Below, piece after piece: positions 45,147 through 54,027 of a stretch of DNA of 64,000 nucleotides. Within the stretch, counting starts at the first letter, position 1. Each line of letters starts with the position of its first letter. The notes below the pieces were generated by a model, which saw nothing but the letters and a program-made list of their open reading frames with translations, was not told the origin of the DNA and searched no databases. The stretch comes from a virus. Location: the IMG/VR virus record IMGVR_UViG_3300009314_000007, positions 43,337 through 107,336 of that record. The stretch is one strand, 5' to 3'. The position numbers were made by a program, and so were the translations under genes.

Positions 45147-47099
45147 ATGGTCGCTTCCTCAGTTTCCAATAGCAGTTTCTTCTCGCCGTACGGCGCCATG
45201 GGCACAGGACGCACGGGGGACTTCTTCCCGTCACCTTGGTTCGATATGGCAACGGCAAGTATGCCCGACACCAATCGCAACGCGCTGGAGTGGTGCGAGT
45301 TCATCTGGCAATCACACGGCACTTTCCGGATGGGGCATGAGAGGATCATCTCCTACTTCCTCACGGACATCGAGCTGGGTGCTCCGGACCCGGACAAGTC
45401 ACTTGGCGAGGACGAAAAAGAGAAGTGGGAAAGCGTGTTGCGAGACACGCTGGGCGGCCTGGAGGCTGTGCAGGCAATGGACAGGGACAGGGCTTGTTAC
45501 GGCAACTCGTTTGCATCCCTGGTTGTGCCGTTCGTACGCTTCCTGCGGTGCCCGAAGTGCAAGAAGGCGATGTTCAAGTTGGAGGAGATGGAGCGGTCCT
45601 CGGTCTTCAATCTTGAGTGGGATGGCAGCAACTTCCAGTTTGTCGCCGACTGCCCCATCTGCAAGCACCACGGACCATGGCAGATCGACGATCAACCGGA
45701 CGATCTGGAGAAGAAGCTCAAGGTCAAGATCTGGTCGCCGCACGAAATGGAGATCAAGTGCGACATCTACTCCGGGGACTGCACTTACTACTGGCGAATC
45801 CCGGAGGAGTACCGGAAGGCCATTCGGGGCGGCGACATGTACCAGATCGCTCGCTGCCCGACGAAGGTGTTGAAGGCGATCAAGCATAACCTGAACTTCC
45901 GCTTCGCCCCGGATGCGTTGTTCCACATGAAGGAACCAACCCTGGGCGGTATCCGCTCCCGTGGCTGGGGGCTATCCCGTACGCTGACCAACTTCCGCAA
46001 CGTTTTCTACGTCCAGGTGCTTCGACGATACAACGAGGCCATTGCGCTGGACTACATCATCCCGTTTCGGGTGATTACTCCGGATGTGCGGCCCACCGCG
46101 GGCGGCATTGGCGGCGCCGAGATCGCAGAGCCACTCCGCATGAACGACATGGGGGACTTCACGGCCCAGGTGCGGCAGATGCTTCGCCGTCGTCGTCGCA
46201 ACCCGGCGACCTGGAACGTCATTCCTTACCCGCTCAAGTACCAGGCGCTGGGTGGGGAGGCGAGTCAGCTCGTGCCGAAGGACATGATGGACCAGGGCAA
46301 CGAGGAGTTGCTCAATGCCATTGGCACGCCCATGGAGCTGTATCGAGGTACGATGCAGTTGCAGGCGGCGCCCGTCTCGCTGCGGCTGTTCGAGGCCACG
46401 CATCACAGCCTGGTTTACGACAACAATCGCTTCTTGCGATGGCTGGCAACGCAAGTTGGGCAGATTCTGTCGTTGGCGCCTATCTTGGCCACGATGAAGC
46501 GCGTGACGCATGCGGACGACTTCAACAAGATGATGGCCTCGCTCCAGTTGATGATGGGTCAGACGATCAGTCAGACCACAGGCCTCAAGGGAATGGGCAT
46601 CGACTTCAAGGACGAGCAGCGTCTGATCGGGGAGGAGGCCCGCTACCAGCAGGAGCTTCAGGCCAGAATCCAAGAGGAGATGGCCCAATCGGCCTTCGGC
46701 GAGCAGATCGCCCGAGGCCAGATGGCTCCCGGACAGGCAGCAATGGGTGGCGGTATGCCTCCGGGCGGCGATCCCGCGATGGGTGGAGCGGGTGGAATGC
46801 CTCCGGGCGGCGATCCTGCCGCAATGGGCGGGGCTGGCGGTGCGGGCCCGGTTACTGGTATGTTGATGGGGCCAAATACGCCGGTGACTCCGGAAGACAT
46901 GCTGGCTCAAGCTCAGTCTCTAGCTCAGTCTTTGCTTGGACTTCCAGAAACGCAAAAGGACAGCGAGCTTCGCGCTTTGAAGCAGAAGAATGAGGTTTTG
47001 CATGCACTTGTTACCGCGCAAATCAAACAAATACGACAATCGGCGCAGAGCGCAGGGCAATCCCTGCTTCTGGGGCAACAACCAGCAATGGCGCAATAA
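45147..47099 (+). CDS. probable portal protein with zinc-ribbon insertion and Gly/Met/Pro-rich tail
   Basis: DRACYGNSFAS, WSPHEMEI, FHMKEP, GWGLS, NEAIALDYIIPFRVI, AIGTPMEL fit portal architecture; CPKC...CPIC insert. Confidence 0.7.
   Translation: MVASSVSNSSFFSPYGAMGTGRTGDFFPSPWFDMATASMPDTNRNALEWCEFIWQSHGTFRMGHERIISYFLTDIELGAPDPDKSLGEDEKEKWESVLRDTLGGLEAVQAMDRDRACYGNSFASLVVPFVRFLRCPKCKKAMFKLEEMERSSVFNLEWDGSNFQFVADCPICKHHGPWQIDDQPDDLEKKLKVKIWSPHEMEIKCDIYSGDCTYYWRIPEEYRKAIRGGDMYQIARCPTKVLKAIKHNLNFRFAPDALFHMKEPTLGGIRSRGWGLSRTLTNFRNVFYVQVLRRYNEAIALDYIIPFRVITPDVRPTAGGIGGAEIAEPLRMNDMGDFTAQVRQMLRRRRRNPATWNVIPYPLKYQALGGEASQLVPKDMMDQGNEELLNAIGTPMELYRGTMQLQAAPVSLRLFEATHHSLVYDNNRFLRWLATQVGQILSLAPILATMKRVTHADDFNKMMASLQLMMGQTISQTTGLKGMGIDFKDEQRLIGEEARYQQELQARIQEEMAQSAFGEQIARGQMAPGQAAMGGGMPPGGDPAMGGAGGMPPGGDPAAMGGAGGAGPVTGMLMGPNTPVTPEDMLAQAQSLAQSLLGLPETQKDSELRALKQKNEVLHALVTAQIKQIRQSAQSAGQSLLLGQQPAMAQ
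46755..46838 (+). repeat. tandem about 42-bp coding repeat (MPPGGDPAMGGAGG x2)
   Basis: atgcctccgggcggcgatcc at 46755 and 46797. Confidence 0.8.
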
Positions 47100-47101
47100 A
47101 T

Positions 47102-47159
47102 GAGCCAGCGAAGTCGATAGCTTCGCTGGCTCGGACAATCCAATCTGAGAAGGAGATTG
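47102..47159 (+). promoter_or_regulatory. two-hairpin leader of homing endonuclease; second hairpin covers the RBS
   Basis: 12-bp stem 47102-13/47121-32, then GGACA, then CAATCT/AGATTG around AAGGAG. Confidence 0.7.
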
Positions 47160-47161
47160 AA

Positions 47162-48076
47162 ATGCCAAAAAGCTATTCTAAGCCAACTGCTCGTAATTTC
47201 ATAGATCTTGAAGGCCAGAGATCCGGTCGCCTGCTGGTCTTAGCTTTCCGCGGTATGCGAGACGAGAAGAGCTGGTGGCTTTGCCGCTGTGATTGCGGGA
47301 CTCGCAAGGTGGTTGAAGGCTACTTGTTACGTTCCAAAAGGACGAAGTCTTGCGGCTGCTTGCAGCGAGAGCGGGCCGCGGATACTGGCAGAGCTTCGGC
47401 ACGCCCGAATAGTTTGCGGAGGCAGTATCCGAAAGAGTATCGAGCCTGGGTGTCCGCTCGGCAGCGTTGTCGAGACCCCCAGCATCATTCCTATTCGGAG
47501 TATGGGGGGCGAGGCATCACGTTTTCAGAGGAGTGGGATGCTTTCAGCGACTTCCTTGCCGATGTAGGGCTAGCGCCTCTTCGAGCGACTCTGGATCGCA
47601 AAGACAATAACGAGGGCTACCGTCCCGGGAATTGCCGGTGGACTTCCATGCGGACGCAGATTCGGAATCGTCGGAACACGCTATGGCTGGAATACGACGG
47701 CGAGAGGAGACCGCTAGCTGAGTGGGCCGAAATTGTCGGGATAAGCTACATGACCTTGCGGGGGAGGCTGCGTGCGGGCTGGGCCGCTTGGGCTATTCTG
47801 GCAATTCCGGTGGGGGAGGCCCGATACCGGCTAACTTCGCGAGAGCGCAGGAAGAGGCTTCTAGCCCGGCGGAGGCTACAGTACGCCATGAAGACTGGCA
47901 AAGTTGTTCGACCAGACCGTTGCGAAGACTGCAATAGCAGCGACGGGGTACAAGGGCATCATCATCTCGGTTATGATGGCGACAATGTGTATCGGGTGCG
48001 CTGGCTGTGCTCGGGATGTCATACTGAAGCAGAACAAGGGCAAGGAGGCCGTAGAGAAGGGTGTTTCCGTGTCTAA
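47162..48076 (+). CDS. free-standing homing endonuclease with two HNH-like domains
   Basis: WLCRCDCG...KSCGC; YGGRGI...LDRKDNNEGYRPGNCRW; C-terminal CEDC...GHH..Y...WLCSGCH. Confidence 0.88.
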   Translation: MPKSYSKPTARNFIDLEGQRSGRLLVLAFRGMRDEKSWWLCRCDCGTRKVVEGYLLRSKRTKSCGCLQRERAADTGRASARPNSLRRQYPKEYRAWVSARQRCRDPQHHSYSEYGGRGITFSEEWDAFSDFLADVGLAPLRATLDRKDNNEGYRPGNCRWTSMRTQIRNRRNTLWLEYDGERRPLAEWAEIVGISYMTLRGRLRAGWAAWAILAIPVGEARYRLTSRERRKRLLARRRLQYAMKTGKVVRPDRCEDCNSSDGVQGHHHLGYDGDNVYRVRWLCSGCHTEAEQGQGGRREGCFRV

Positions 48077-48923
48077 GTTTGAGTTCGGTAGTTATGAGTC
48101 TCTTTGCGAGATCACGGTCCCCACTAAGAATGCGCTCGTTCTCGTCTGCCCGGTCTGGCAAGCCTACGTATATTTCCGGAAGACCGTGGAAAGTTTTTTC
48201 CGCTATACTCCTCTTGAGTTGAACCCGATCTGTATTGCCCTGGATGACGCAACTTCCTCTCCGCAATTTCGGGAGCAGAACTGGGACTATTTCTACGCGG
48301 GGCCGTCATTGGATCGTGCCTTACCTCGTGAGCGGATTTGCCACCGATACTTCCACGAAAACGCAGGGCTTACGCGGTCTTGGAATGCGGGGCTGTCAAT
48401 TGCGAGAGAGCTTGGAGCCCAGTACGCCATCGCCGGGAATGCCGATATTCTTTTCACACCGGGCTGGGAAAGAGCCCTTATCCATTTTCTGAATCAGGGT
48501 GTGCGACTGGTTGGTCCTGTGACCAATGCGCCGGGCCGGACCAATCGACAGCGGCAGAGTGTTCGCAACTACTTCCCGAACTATAAGGTCAACGACGACC
48601 GAGAGTACCTGCACAAAGTGGCTGGCTACCTCTGGCGCAACCACGGGGTCGAAACGATTCGGTACATGATGATCAATGGCTTCTTCACCATGTCCACTCT
48701 GGCTCACTGGTTCGAGGGCGCCTTCGACCCGCACCACGTATTCGATCCTAGCAAAAAGATGCAGGGGAACGAGGACGAGTTGGAGGTTCGGTGGCAGCGC
48801 AAGCACTGGAAGATCGGCTTCGTGCCCGGGTCTTTTGTGTTTCATTTTCGGGCGGCGTCTCGGGGCCAGAAGTTCTGTCACACGGGATGGATGCGCACCA
48901 ACGATCCCCACAAACCAGTTTAG
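48069..48923 (+). CDS. GT2-family glycosyltransferase
   Basis: ALDDA, NAGLTRSWNAG, GNADILFTPGW, LVGPVTN, FVFH. Confidence 0.82.
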   Translation: MSKFEFGSYESLCEITVPTKNALVLVCPVWQAYVYFRKTVESFFRYTPLELNPICIALDDATSSPQFREQNWDYFYAGPSLDRALPRERICHRYFHENAGLTRSWNAGLSIARELGAQYAIAGNADILFTPGWERALIHFLNQGVRLVGPVTNAPGRTNRQRQSVRNYFPNYKVNDDREYLHKVAGYLWRNHGVETIRYMMINGFFTMSTLAHWFEGAFDPHHVFDPSKKMQGNEDELEVRWQRKHWKIGFVPGSFVFHFRAASRGQKFCHTGWMRTNDPHKPV

Positions 48924-48932
48924 GAGTCGGGC

Positions 48933-49586
48933 ATGATAACGTACACCGCGATCCTGGGTGGGTTTCCGGATAGGCTCCATCAACCCGCGGAGGGTTTCGG
49001 CCAGCAGAACTCCGTCGCTTTCGTAGATGGCAGTCCCGATTTCTTGGCGCCCGATTTTAAGGACGGCTGGGAGCTGATTCCAACAAACGCCAGAGCGAAC
49101 CCTCGGAGAACGGCAAGACTGCTCAAGGTCTTGGCCCACAAGACGTTCCCCGGCGCCGAGTACACTTTATGGGTCGATGGCTGCCTCACCCCGCTGACTC
49201 CGATGTGGCAGCTCGTCGATCAGTTCCTGTGCAACCACGACATTTGCGTCTTCGAGCATCTGGAGCGGGGCTGTGTGTATCGGGAGCTGGAGGCCTGCAT
49301 CCGGCTGAAGAAGGACGACCCGGCGGTCATGCGGCAGCAGGTGAATGGCTATCGCGAGGAGGGCTACCCGTACAACCATGGACTAGGCGAGACCACGGCG
49401 GTGCTTCGCAGACACAATGAAGTCACCGAGGCGCTTAACGAGGCGTGGTGGGCTGAGATCGAGAAGGGGAGTTTGAGAGACCAGCTCAGTTTCAACTACG
49501 TGTGCTGGAAGCTCGGCGCGGATTACGCCACTTTCGAGGGAAACAGAACGAAGAGTCCGCATTTCAAACACCGGCCCCACCGATGA
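48933..49586 (+). CDS. DUF616 (TOD1/MUCI70-like) glycosyltransferase domain protein
   Basis: YTAILGG, KVLAHKTFP.AEYTLWVDG, H.ERGCVY.E, RDQLSFNYV. Confidence 0.82.
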   Translation: MITYTAILGGFPDRLHQPAEGFGQQNSVAFVDGSPDFLAPDFKDGWELIPTNARANPRRTARLLKVLAHKTFPGAEYTLWVDGCLTPLTPMWQLVDQFLCNHDICVFEHLERGCVYRELEACIRLKKDDPAVMRQQVNGYREEGYPYNHGLGETTAVLRRHNEVTEALNEAWWAEIEKGSLRDQLSFNYVCWKLGADYATFEGNRTKSPHFKHRPHR

Positions 49587-50620
49587 CTCCAACGACAATA
49601 GGAATTCACGCTCCGTACACTTGGGGCGAGACGACGTACATGGCGTTGACCCTGGCGGACCTGGCGGTTCGGTTCGGGCTCCGCACTTCTTTGCTGCCTA
49701 CGAATGTCCATGCAGGGCCGGTTCACTTGCGGTGGGACCCGCATGTGTTGAGCAAGCACACAGATTTTCGTCTTTGGGCTCGCGATTGTTCCCATGTGGT
49801 CTGGTTCGACGTGCAGCAAAACAAGCTGCTCGACGTGAAGGACAAGCCCACCAAGCACGTCCTCGTGTTGCTTTGGCATCGGCTTCGACTCAAAGACTTG
49901 GAGATCCTGCCACTCTACGACTATGTGGTGTGCCCGCACGCACGGGCCATGGAGGTGCTTTCCGGCAAGGTGGAGGCGAACTACGTGGCAGCGCCCTGGG
50001 ACCCGGGCGGCTCGATAGTCGATAGTCCCCAGCGGTACGGCGGGGATCGGTTGCTTGTGGTTCTCGACCCGCACACCACCGAGACGATAGGCCATTTCCT
50101 GCTTCACTCCCTGCATGCTCTCCTGGATGCTTTGCCACGGTTGCAGCTCACTGTCTGGCATGACAAACGATGGACCACGGCGGCGCACAGGGCGTACGGG
50201 GAGCTGATGGCGAAGCACGGGCAGAGGATTCACACCATCCGCAAGCCAACGGACGTGCAGAGGTCCCAGGCTTACGCCACGCACGACTGGGTCTTCTACC
50301 CGTCGATCAGGGACAACGCAAGCCTTCCGCTGCTGGAGGGCCTGTATGCGTCTCGGCCTGGAATCGCCTTCAGTAGCCTGCCGCAGGTGGAGGTGCTCAC
50401 GCAAGGACATGACGGTATGCTGATTCCGTGTGGTAGCCAGGAGACTGCTCTGGGCTCGCACGAAGTCCAGGTGGACCGGCACTTATTGGCCGACGAGTTG
50501 CATAAGATCTTGGCGGATGAGGCGATCTACACTAGACTGAGTCAAACTGACTGGTGGGAATTGTTGCCCCGGAGATACAAGTTTCAGCGTGTTTGGAAGC
50601 AAGTATGGGATTGTCCGTAG
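49583..50620 (+). CDS. GT-B (GT4-like) glycosyltransferase, divergent
   Basis: DWVFYPSIRDNASLPLLEGLYASRPGI...EVL..GHDGMLI. Confidence 0.72.
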   Translation: MTPTTIGIHAPYTWGETTYMALTLADLAVRFGLRTSLLPTNVHAGPVHLRWDPHVLSKHTDFRLWARDCSHVVWFDVQQNKLLDVKDKPTKHVLVLLWHRLRLKDLEILPLYDYVVCPHARAMEVLSGKVEANYVAAPWDPGGSIVDSPQRYGGDRLLVVLDPHTTETIGHFLLHSLHALLDALPRLQLTVWHDKRWTTAAHRAYGELMAKHGQRIHTIRKPTDVQRSQAYATHDWVFYPSIRDNASLPLLEGLYASRPGIAFSSLPQVEVLTQGHDGMLIPCGSQETALGSHEVQVDRHLLADELHKILADEAIYTRLSQTDWWELLPRRYKFQRVWKQVWDCP

Positions 50621-50630
50621 GAGAATAGCG

Positions 50631-50930
50631 ATGGACCCTGGATTACGTGCTCGCTCGGGTAATGTGGACTCTGACGACCAACTTGTCGGGTTCCTATATG
50701 AGCTGATGCGGGATCATCTTCCGTGCGGTGTGGTCGAAAGGCTGGTGAGTAACAGCAACCCGGCCAACACGTCAAATGGTGGCAACTGCCGCTTTACCAA
50801 TGGCTTCCTGGCCAACTACGCGAAGGATTTGAGCCAGAGACTTAGAGGAGACAGAGATGGATGCTGTTCAACTCGGGAAGGAAGCGGCTCGTCGGACGAC
50901 AGCGAAGAGCCGCCAGGTGAAAGTGAATAA
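50631..50930 (+). CDS. hypothetical protein
   Basis: AGGAG RBS. Confidence 0.6.
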   Translation: MDPGLRARSGNVDSDDQLVGFLYELMRDHLPCGVVERLVSNSNPANTSNGGNCRFTNGFLANYAKDLSQRLRGDRDGCCSTREGSGSSDDSEEPPGESE

Positions 50931-51023
50931 GCCGGGTGGCCTCGCGGAGGCTATCCGGGCAACCAAGGCAGATCCCAAGGACGGGCGGCAGTTGCCGTGG
51001 TCTTATGGAGAAAAGAGGCGGAG

Positions 51024-51548
51024 ATGAACCAGGGATTGGTTTTGATGCCGGTGAGTCCAGGAGAGTTATTGGACCGGTTGACTATTCTGAATGTCAAGCA
51101 GGACAAGCTCGATGGTGATAAGCAGATCGCAGCTTTGGAGTTGTCGATGGAGCTGCACGAGGTGGCTGACCCGCTCCTCGACAAGCCGGGTGTTTCCCTC
51201 GTTGCCGATCAACTGTACGAGATCAACACGCAGTTGTGGGAGGTGGAGGACCATTTGCGGGCTGCTGACGGGCAGGTGTTCCCGATCACTGTCGGGCGGA
51301 CGATTACCGAGGAGACCGTGAGGTATTGCTCGCTGGCTCGGCTCGTTTACAACCTCAACGATCAGCGATGTGGTTTGAAGCGAGAGCTTGATGAGATGCT
51401 TGGCGGTGTCGTCGAGCCGAAACAATACGCCGAATACGAGAGATCCCATGACAGAGGACGCCCCGCGGAAGAAAGTGATCAAGAAGAAGGTCATCAGGAA
51501 AGTGGCGAAGAAGCCCCAGGAAGCCCCCGCGGCGAGCCCCGTGGATGA
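51024..51548 (+). CDS. DUF6165-like protein
   Basis: VSPGELLDRLTIL..K, INTQLWEVED, ARLVY.LND.R..LK, EPKQY. Confidence 0.75.
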   Translation: MNQGLVLMPVSPGELLDRLTILNVKQDKLDGDKQIAALELSMELHEVADPLLDKPGVSLVADQLYEINTQLWEVEDHLRAADGQVFPITVGRTITEETVRYCSLARLVYNLNDQRCGLKRELDEMLGGVVEPKQYAEYERSHDRGRPAEESDQEEGHQESGEEAPGSPRGEPRG

Positions 51549-52671
51549 CATCGACATCCCGACCGTCGGACCGGTGATGAAGGACTACGATGTCCAGGAC
51601 GCCTTCGAGTACGACACGGCCTTCAACATGGCCTTTATTGGAGCCGGTGAGGCGGGCGGCCGGATCGTGGAAACATTCTACGGCCTCGGCTACCGGCGAT
51701 TGGCTGCTATCAATGGCGGCGACGAGATCAACCAGTTGCCCGGGGAGATCGCGGCGCTGGATCTGCGTACCGGCGGGGCGGGCAAAGATCCCCAACTCGG
51801 CGCCGCGCAGATTCGAGACCGCGAGGAGGAGATCTTCGAGCTGATGACTCGGGGTTTCGGGAAGAACCCTGACTTCATCCTGGTGTGTGCCGGTTTTGGC
51901 GGCGGTACTGGCGGCGGTGCGGCGCCCAAGCTGATCGACGTGGCTCGCAAGTACATGACGGAGCGGGGGAAAGACCCCGGCAGAGTCGGAGCCATCGTGA
52001 CGCTGCCACATCACGCCGAGGGCTACACACCTTGCCGTAACGCGGTGACGTGTTTCAAGCAGGTTTTTGAGAAGAGACCCTCACCACTTCTGATTATCGA
52101 CAACCTTCGGATTGGGGAGCTAGCACCAGATGCCGAAAAAGGCTGGAGAAAAATCTACCGTTACGCCAACGCGCAAGTTGCCAAGCTCTTCCATCTCTTT
52201 AATCGCTTTGCTGCGACAAGAAGTGAAATCCTTACCTTCGACCGAGCGGACTTCGCTTCTCTCCTTGATTCAGGAATTTGTGTCTTCGGGGCCTCTGCTA
52301 TCGGGACTTACGACAGCCCAGCAGACATTTCTGAAGCAATCCGCGAGCAGTTGGCGGCTACCGTCCTGGCCCAAGTCAGTCTCAAAGAAGGACAGAAAGC
52401 GGGCTGTCTCTTTGTTGGAAGCCCGGAAATTCTTGACTCAGTGCCAGTGGAGTTTTTTGATGGTGGGTTCACGATGCTCACCAGACTACTCCAAGAAAAC
52501 AGCGTTGTGCATCGGGGTGTGTACGAAGGATCTCAGGCCGATTTGCGATGCTACACCATGCTCGCCGGTCTCCCTGCCCCATCCGAGCGTCTCAAAAAAC
52601 TTGCCAGTTCAGGAGGATTAGCGGGCCAAGGAACGGCGGGTTTTCTCGGTGTTGATGACGGAGAACCGTAA
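51448..52671 (+). CDS. tubulin/FtsZ-family GTPase (TubZ/PhuZ/CetZ-like) with Lys-rich N-terminal tag
   Basis: IGAGEAGGRI (T1), GAGKDP (T3), AGFGGGTGGG (T4 signature), IIDN, FDRADF (T7). Confidence 0.92.
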   Translation: MTEDAPRKKVIKKKVIRKVAKKPQEAPAASPVDDIDIPTVGPVMKDYDVQDAFEYDTAFNMAFIGAGEAGGRIVETFYGLGYRRLAAINGGDEINQLPGEIAALDLRTGGAGKDPQLGAAQIRDREEEIFELMTRGFGKNPDFILVCAGFGGGTGGGAAPKLIDVARKYMTERGKDPGRVGAIVTLPHHAEGYTPCRNAVTCFKQVFEKRPSPLLIIDNLRIGELAPDAEKGWRKIYRYANAQVAKLFHLFNRFAATRSEILTFDRADFASLLDSGICVFGASAIGTYDSPADISEAIREQLAATVLAQVSLKEGQKAGCLFVGSPEILDSVPVEFFDGGFTMLTRLLQENSVVHRGVYEGSQADLRCYTMLAGLPAPSERLKKLASSGGLAGQGTAGFLGVDDGEP

Positions 52672-53252
52672 TGGACTATCTATCCGACGTGCTCGTGGTG
52701 TTCCTGGTGCTGGTTGTCCTGGTGGCAGTGGTTGATGGCGCCTGGCGAGTCATTCGCGGGCTCGCGAGGTTTACCTGGCGCCGGGTCACTACTCGCCGAG
52801 CCGCGCAGGAGTCGGAGCGACTGCTCGTTCGCCCTGCCTTGCGCAGTCTGAGCGAGGCGGAGATCCGGAACGCGAGGCGGGCACTCGATTCTCCTGCGCG
52901 TAGCCCGTGGCGGTTTCCCTACGCGACCATCGAAGTGGAGGGCTGGGATACGGGGTTGCTGGCTCAGCATGTGCATGTGGATCGCGACGAGCGCACCGCG
53001 GCAATTGGGGAGTTGATCGCACCTCTTGCCGTCTGCAATAATTTCATCGCGGCCTTCCAGAACGTCGAGGACCGTTGGCGAGCCCCGTTGGTGACTATCA
53101 CTTGTAGTGGTGAGCGGTTACAGCTCAATCGTTTCCAACTGACTGCGCATGGCGGCTCCGTGCTTTCCGAGGAGATGCAGGTGGTGTTTGCACTGATGGC
53201 TGTTTTCCAGGACGCGGTTGAGTTGGCCGCTGTCGGCAGCGAGGACGAGTAA
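52671..53252 (+). CDS. N-terminally membrane-anchored protein
   Basis: TAATG coupling to tubulin gene; VLVVFLVLVVLVAVV segment. Confidence 0.65.
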   Translation: MDYLSDVLVVFLVLVVLVAVVDGAWRVIRGLARFTWRRVTTRRAAQESERLLVRPALRSLSEAEIRNARRALDSPARSPWRFPYATIEVEGWDTGLLAQHVHVDRDERTAAIGELIAPLAVCNNFIAAFQNVEDRWRAPLVTITCSGERLQLNRFQLTAHGGSVLSEEMQVVFALMAVFQDAVELAAVGSEDE

Positions 53253-53280
53253 CAAAAACTCGCAATTGGGAGGAATTGAC

Positions 53281-53781
53281 ATGTCGAACGATCTTTTGAA
53301 TCCGGAAGCGCCCACACCCGCGGGGTTGATGGCGTTCTTTCAGGTGAAGTACCGCACGGCCATGGAGGCCCAGAATAAGGAGTTGCGGGACGAGTGTCCG
53401 CCGGACGAGACTCCTCTTCAGATCGAGGTGGAGTTCGAGATGAACAAACTTCGCATCTTCAGCAACTTCGTTGACGACTATCTGGAAAAGAATCCCCCCT
53501 CGACGGTCCAGGCGATGGATCGAGCTTACGGGATCAAGCTGGTCACCGGGGAGGCCTTTGTGATTGGCGGTGCCACCCCGCAGCCCCGGGGCTCTATGCA
53601 GCCCTCTCGCTCTATGCACGTCACGGGCTCGGTTGCCGAACTCGCTGAGGCTTACGGACAGGGTCAAGGCGGGGATCGGAACCCGATGACCCCCTCGGGA
53701 GCCCCGAAAGGGACCGTGGCTGCTGGTGAGCAGGGTTCGCAAAACCTTGCAGAGCAGCAGGGTTCCACAGCTCTCGATTAG
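53281..53781 (+). CDS. hypothetical protein
   Basis: GGAGG RBS. Confidence 0.65.
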   Translation: MSNDLLNPEAPTPAGLMAFFQVKYRTAMEAQNKELRDECPPDETPLQIEVEFEMNKLRIFSNFVDDYLEKNPPSTVQAMDRAYGIKLVTGEAFVIGGATPQPRGSMQPSRSMHVTGSVAELAEAYGQGQGGDRNPMTPSGAPKGTVAAGEQGSQNLAEQQGSTALD

Positions 53782-53789
53782 TGGGTATC

Positions 53790-53960
53790 ATGGAAACAGA
53801 GACGGATTACCGCGAGTTGATTGAGGAGGCAAAACAACTCGAAGAGATGCTTCGCGAGCAGCTTGTACAACTTGATCGCCTGGAATCGCTTGTAAAGCGA
53901 GTAGAGGCTCAGCAGAAACACAGTGGGAGAGTTCAGCCGAGTGGAGTTACTCAAGCGTAG
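53790..53960 (+). CDS. 56-aa coiled-coil protein (absent from ORF track)
   Basis: Manual translation METETDYRELIEEAKQLEEMLREQL... Confidence 0.5.
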   Translation: METETDYRELIEEAKQLEEMLREQLVQLDRLESLVKRVEAQQKHSGRVQPSGVTQA

Positions 53961-53965
53961 AAGAT

Positions 53966-54026
53966 GAGTCGAGGGTGTGCAACCACCCTCGACTCGGACA
54001 CATCGAAACCTGAACAGGAGGTTCGA
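53966..54026 (+). promoter_or_regulatory. two-hairpin leader of homing endonuclease; second hairpin covers the RBS
   Basis: 12-bp stem 53966-77/53984-95, then GGACA, then TCGAAACCT/AGGTTCGA over AGGAGG. Confidence 0.7.
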
Positions 54027-54027
54027 C

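Noticed and set aside
51448-52671. Host cell-division ftsZ or a bacterial chromosomal origin for the window
   Set aside because: No dcw cluster or housekeeping genes, no FtsZ C-terminal core peptide, and the context is wholly phage-like
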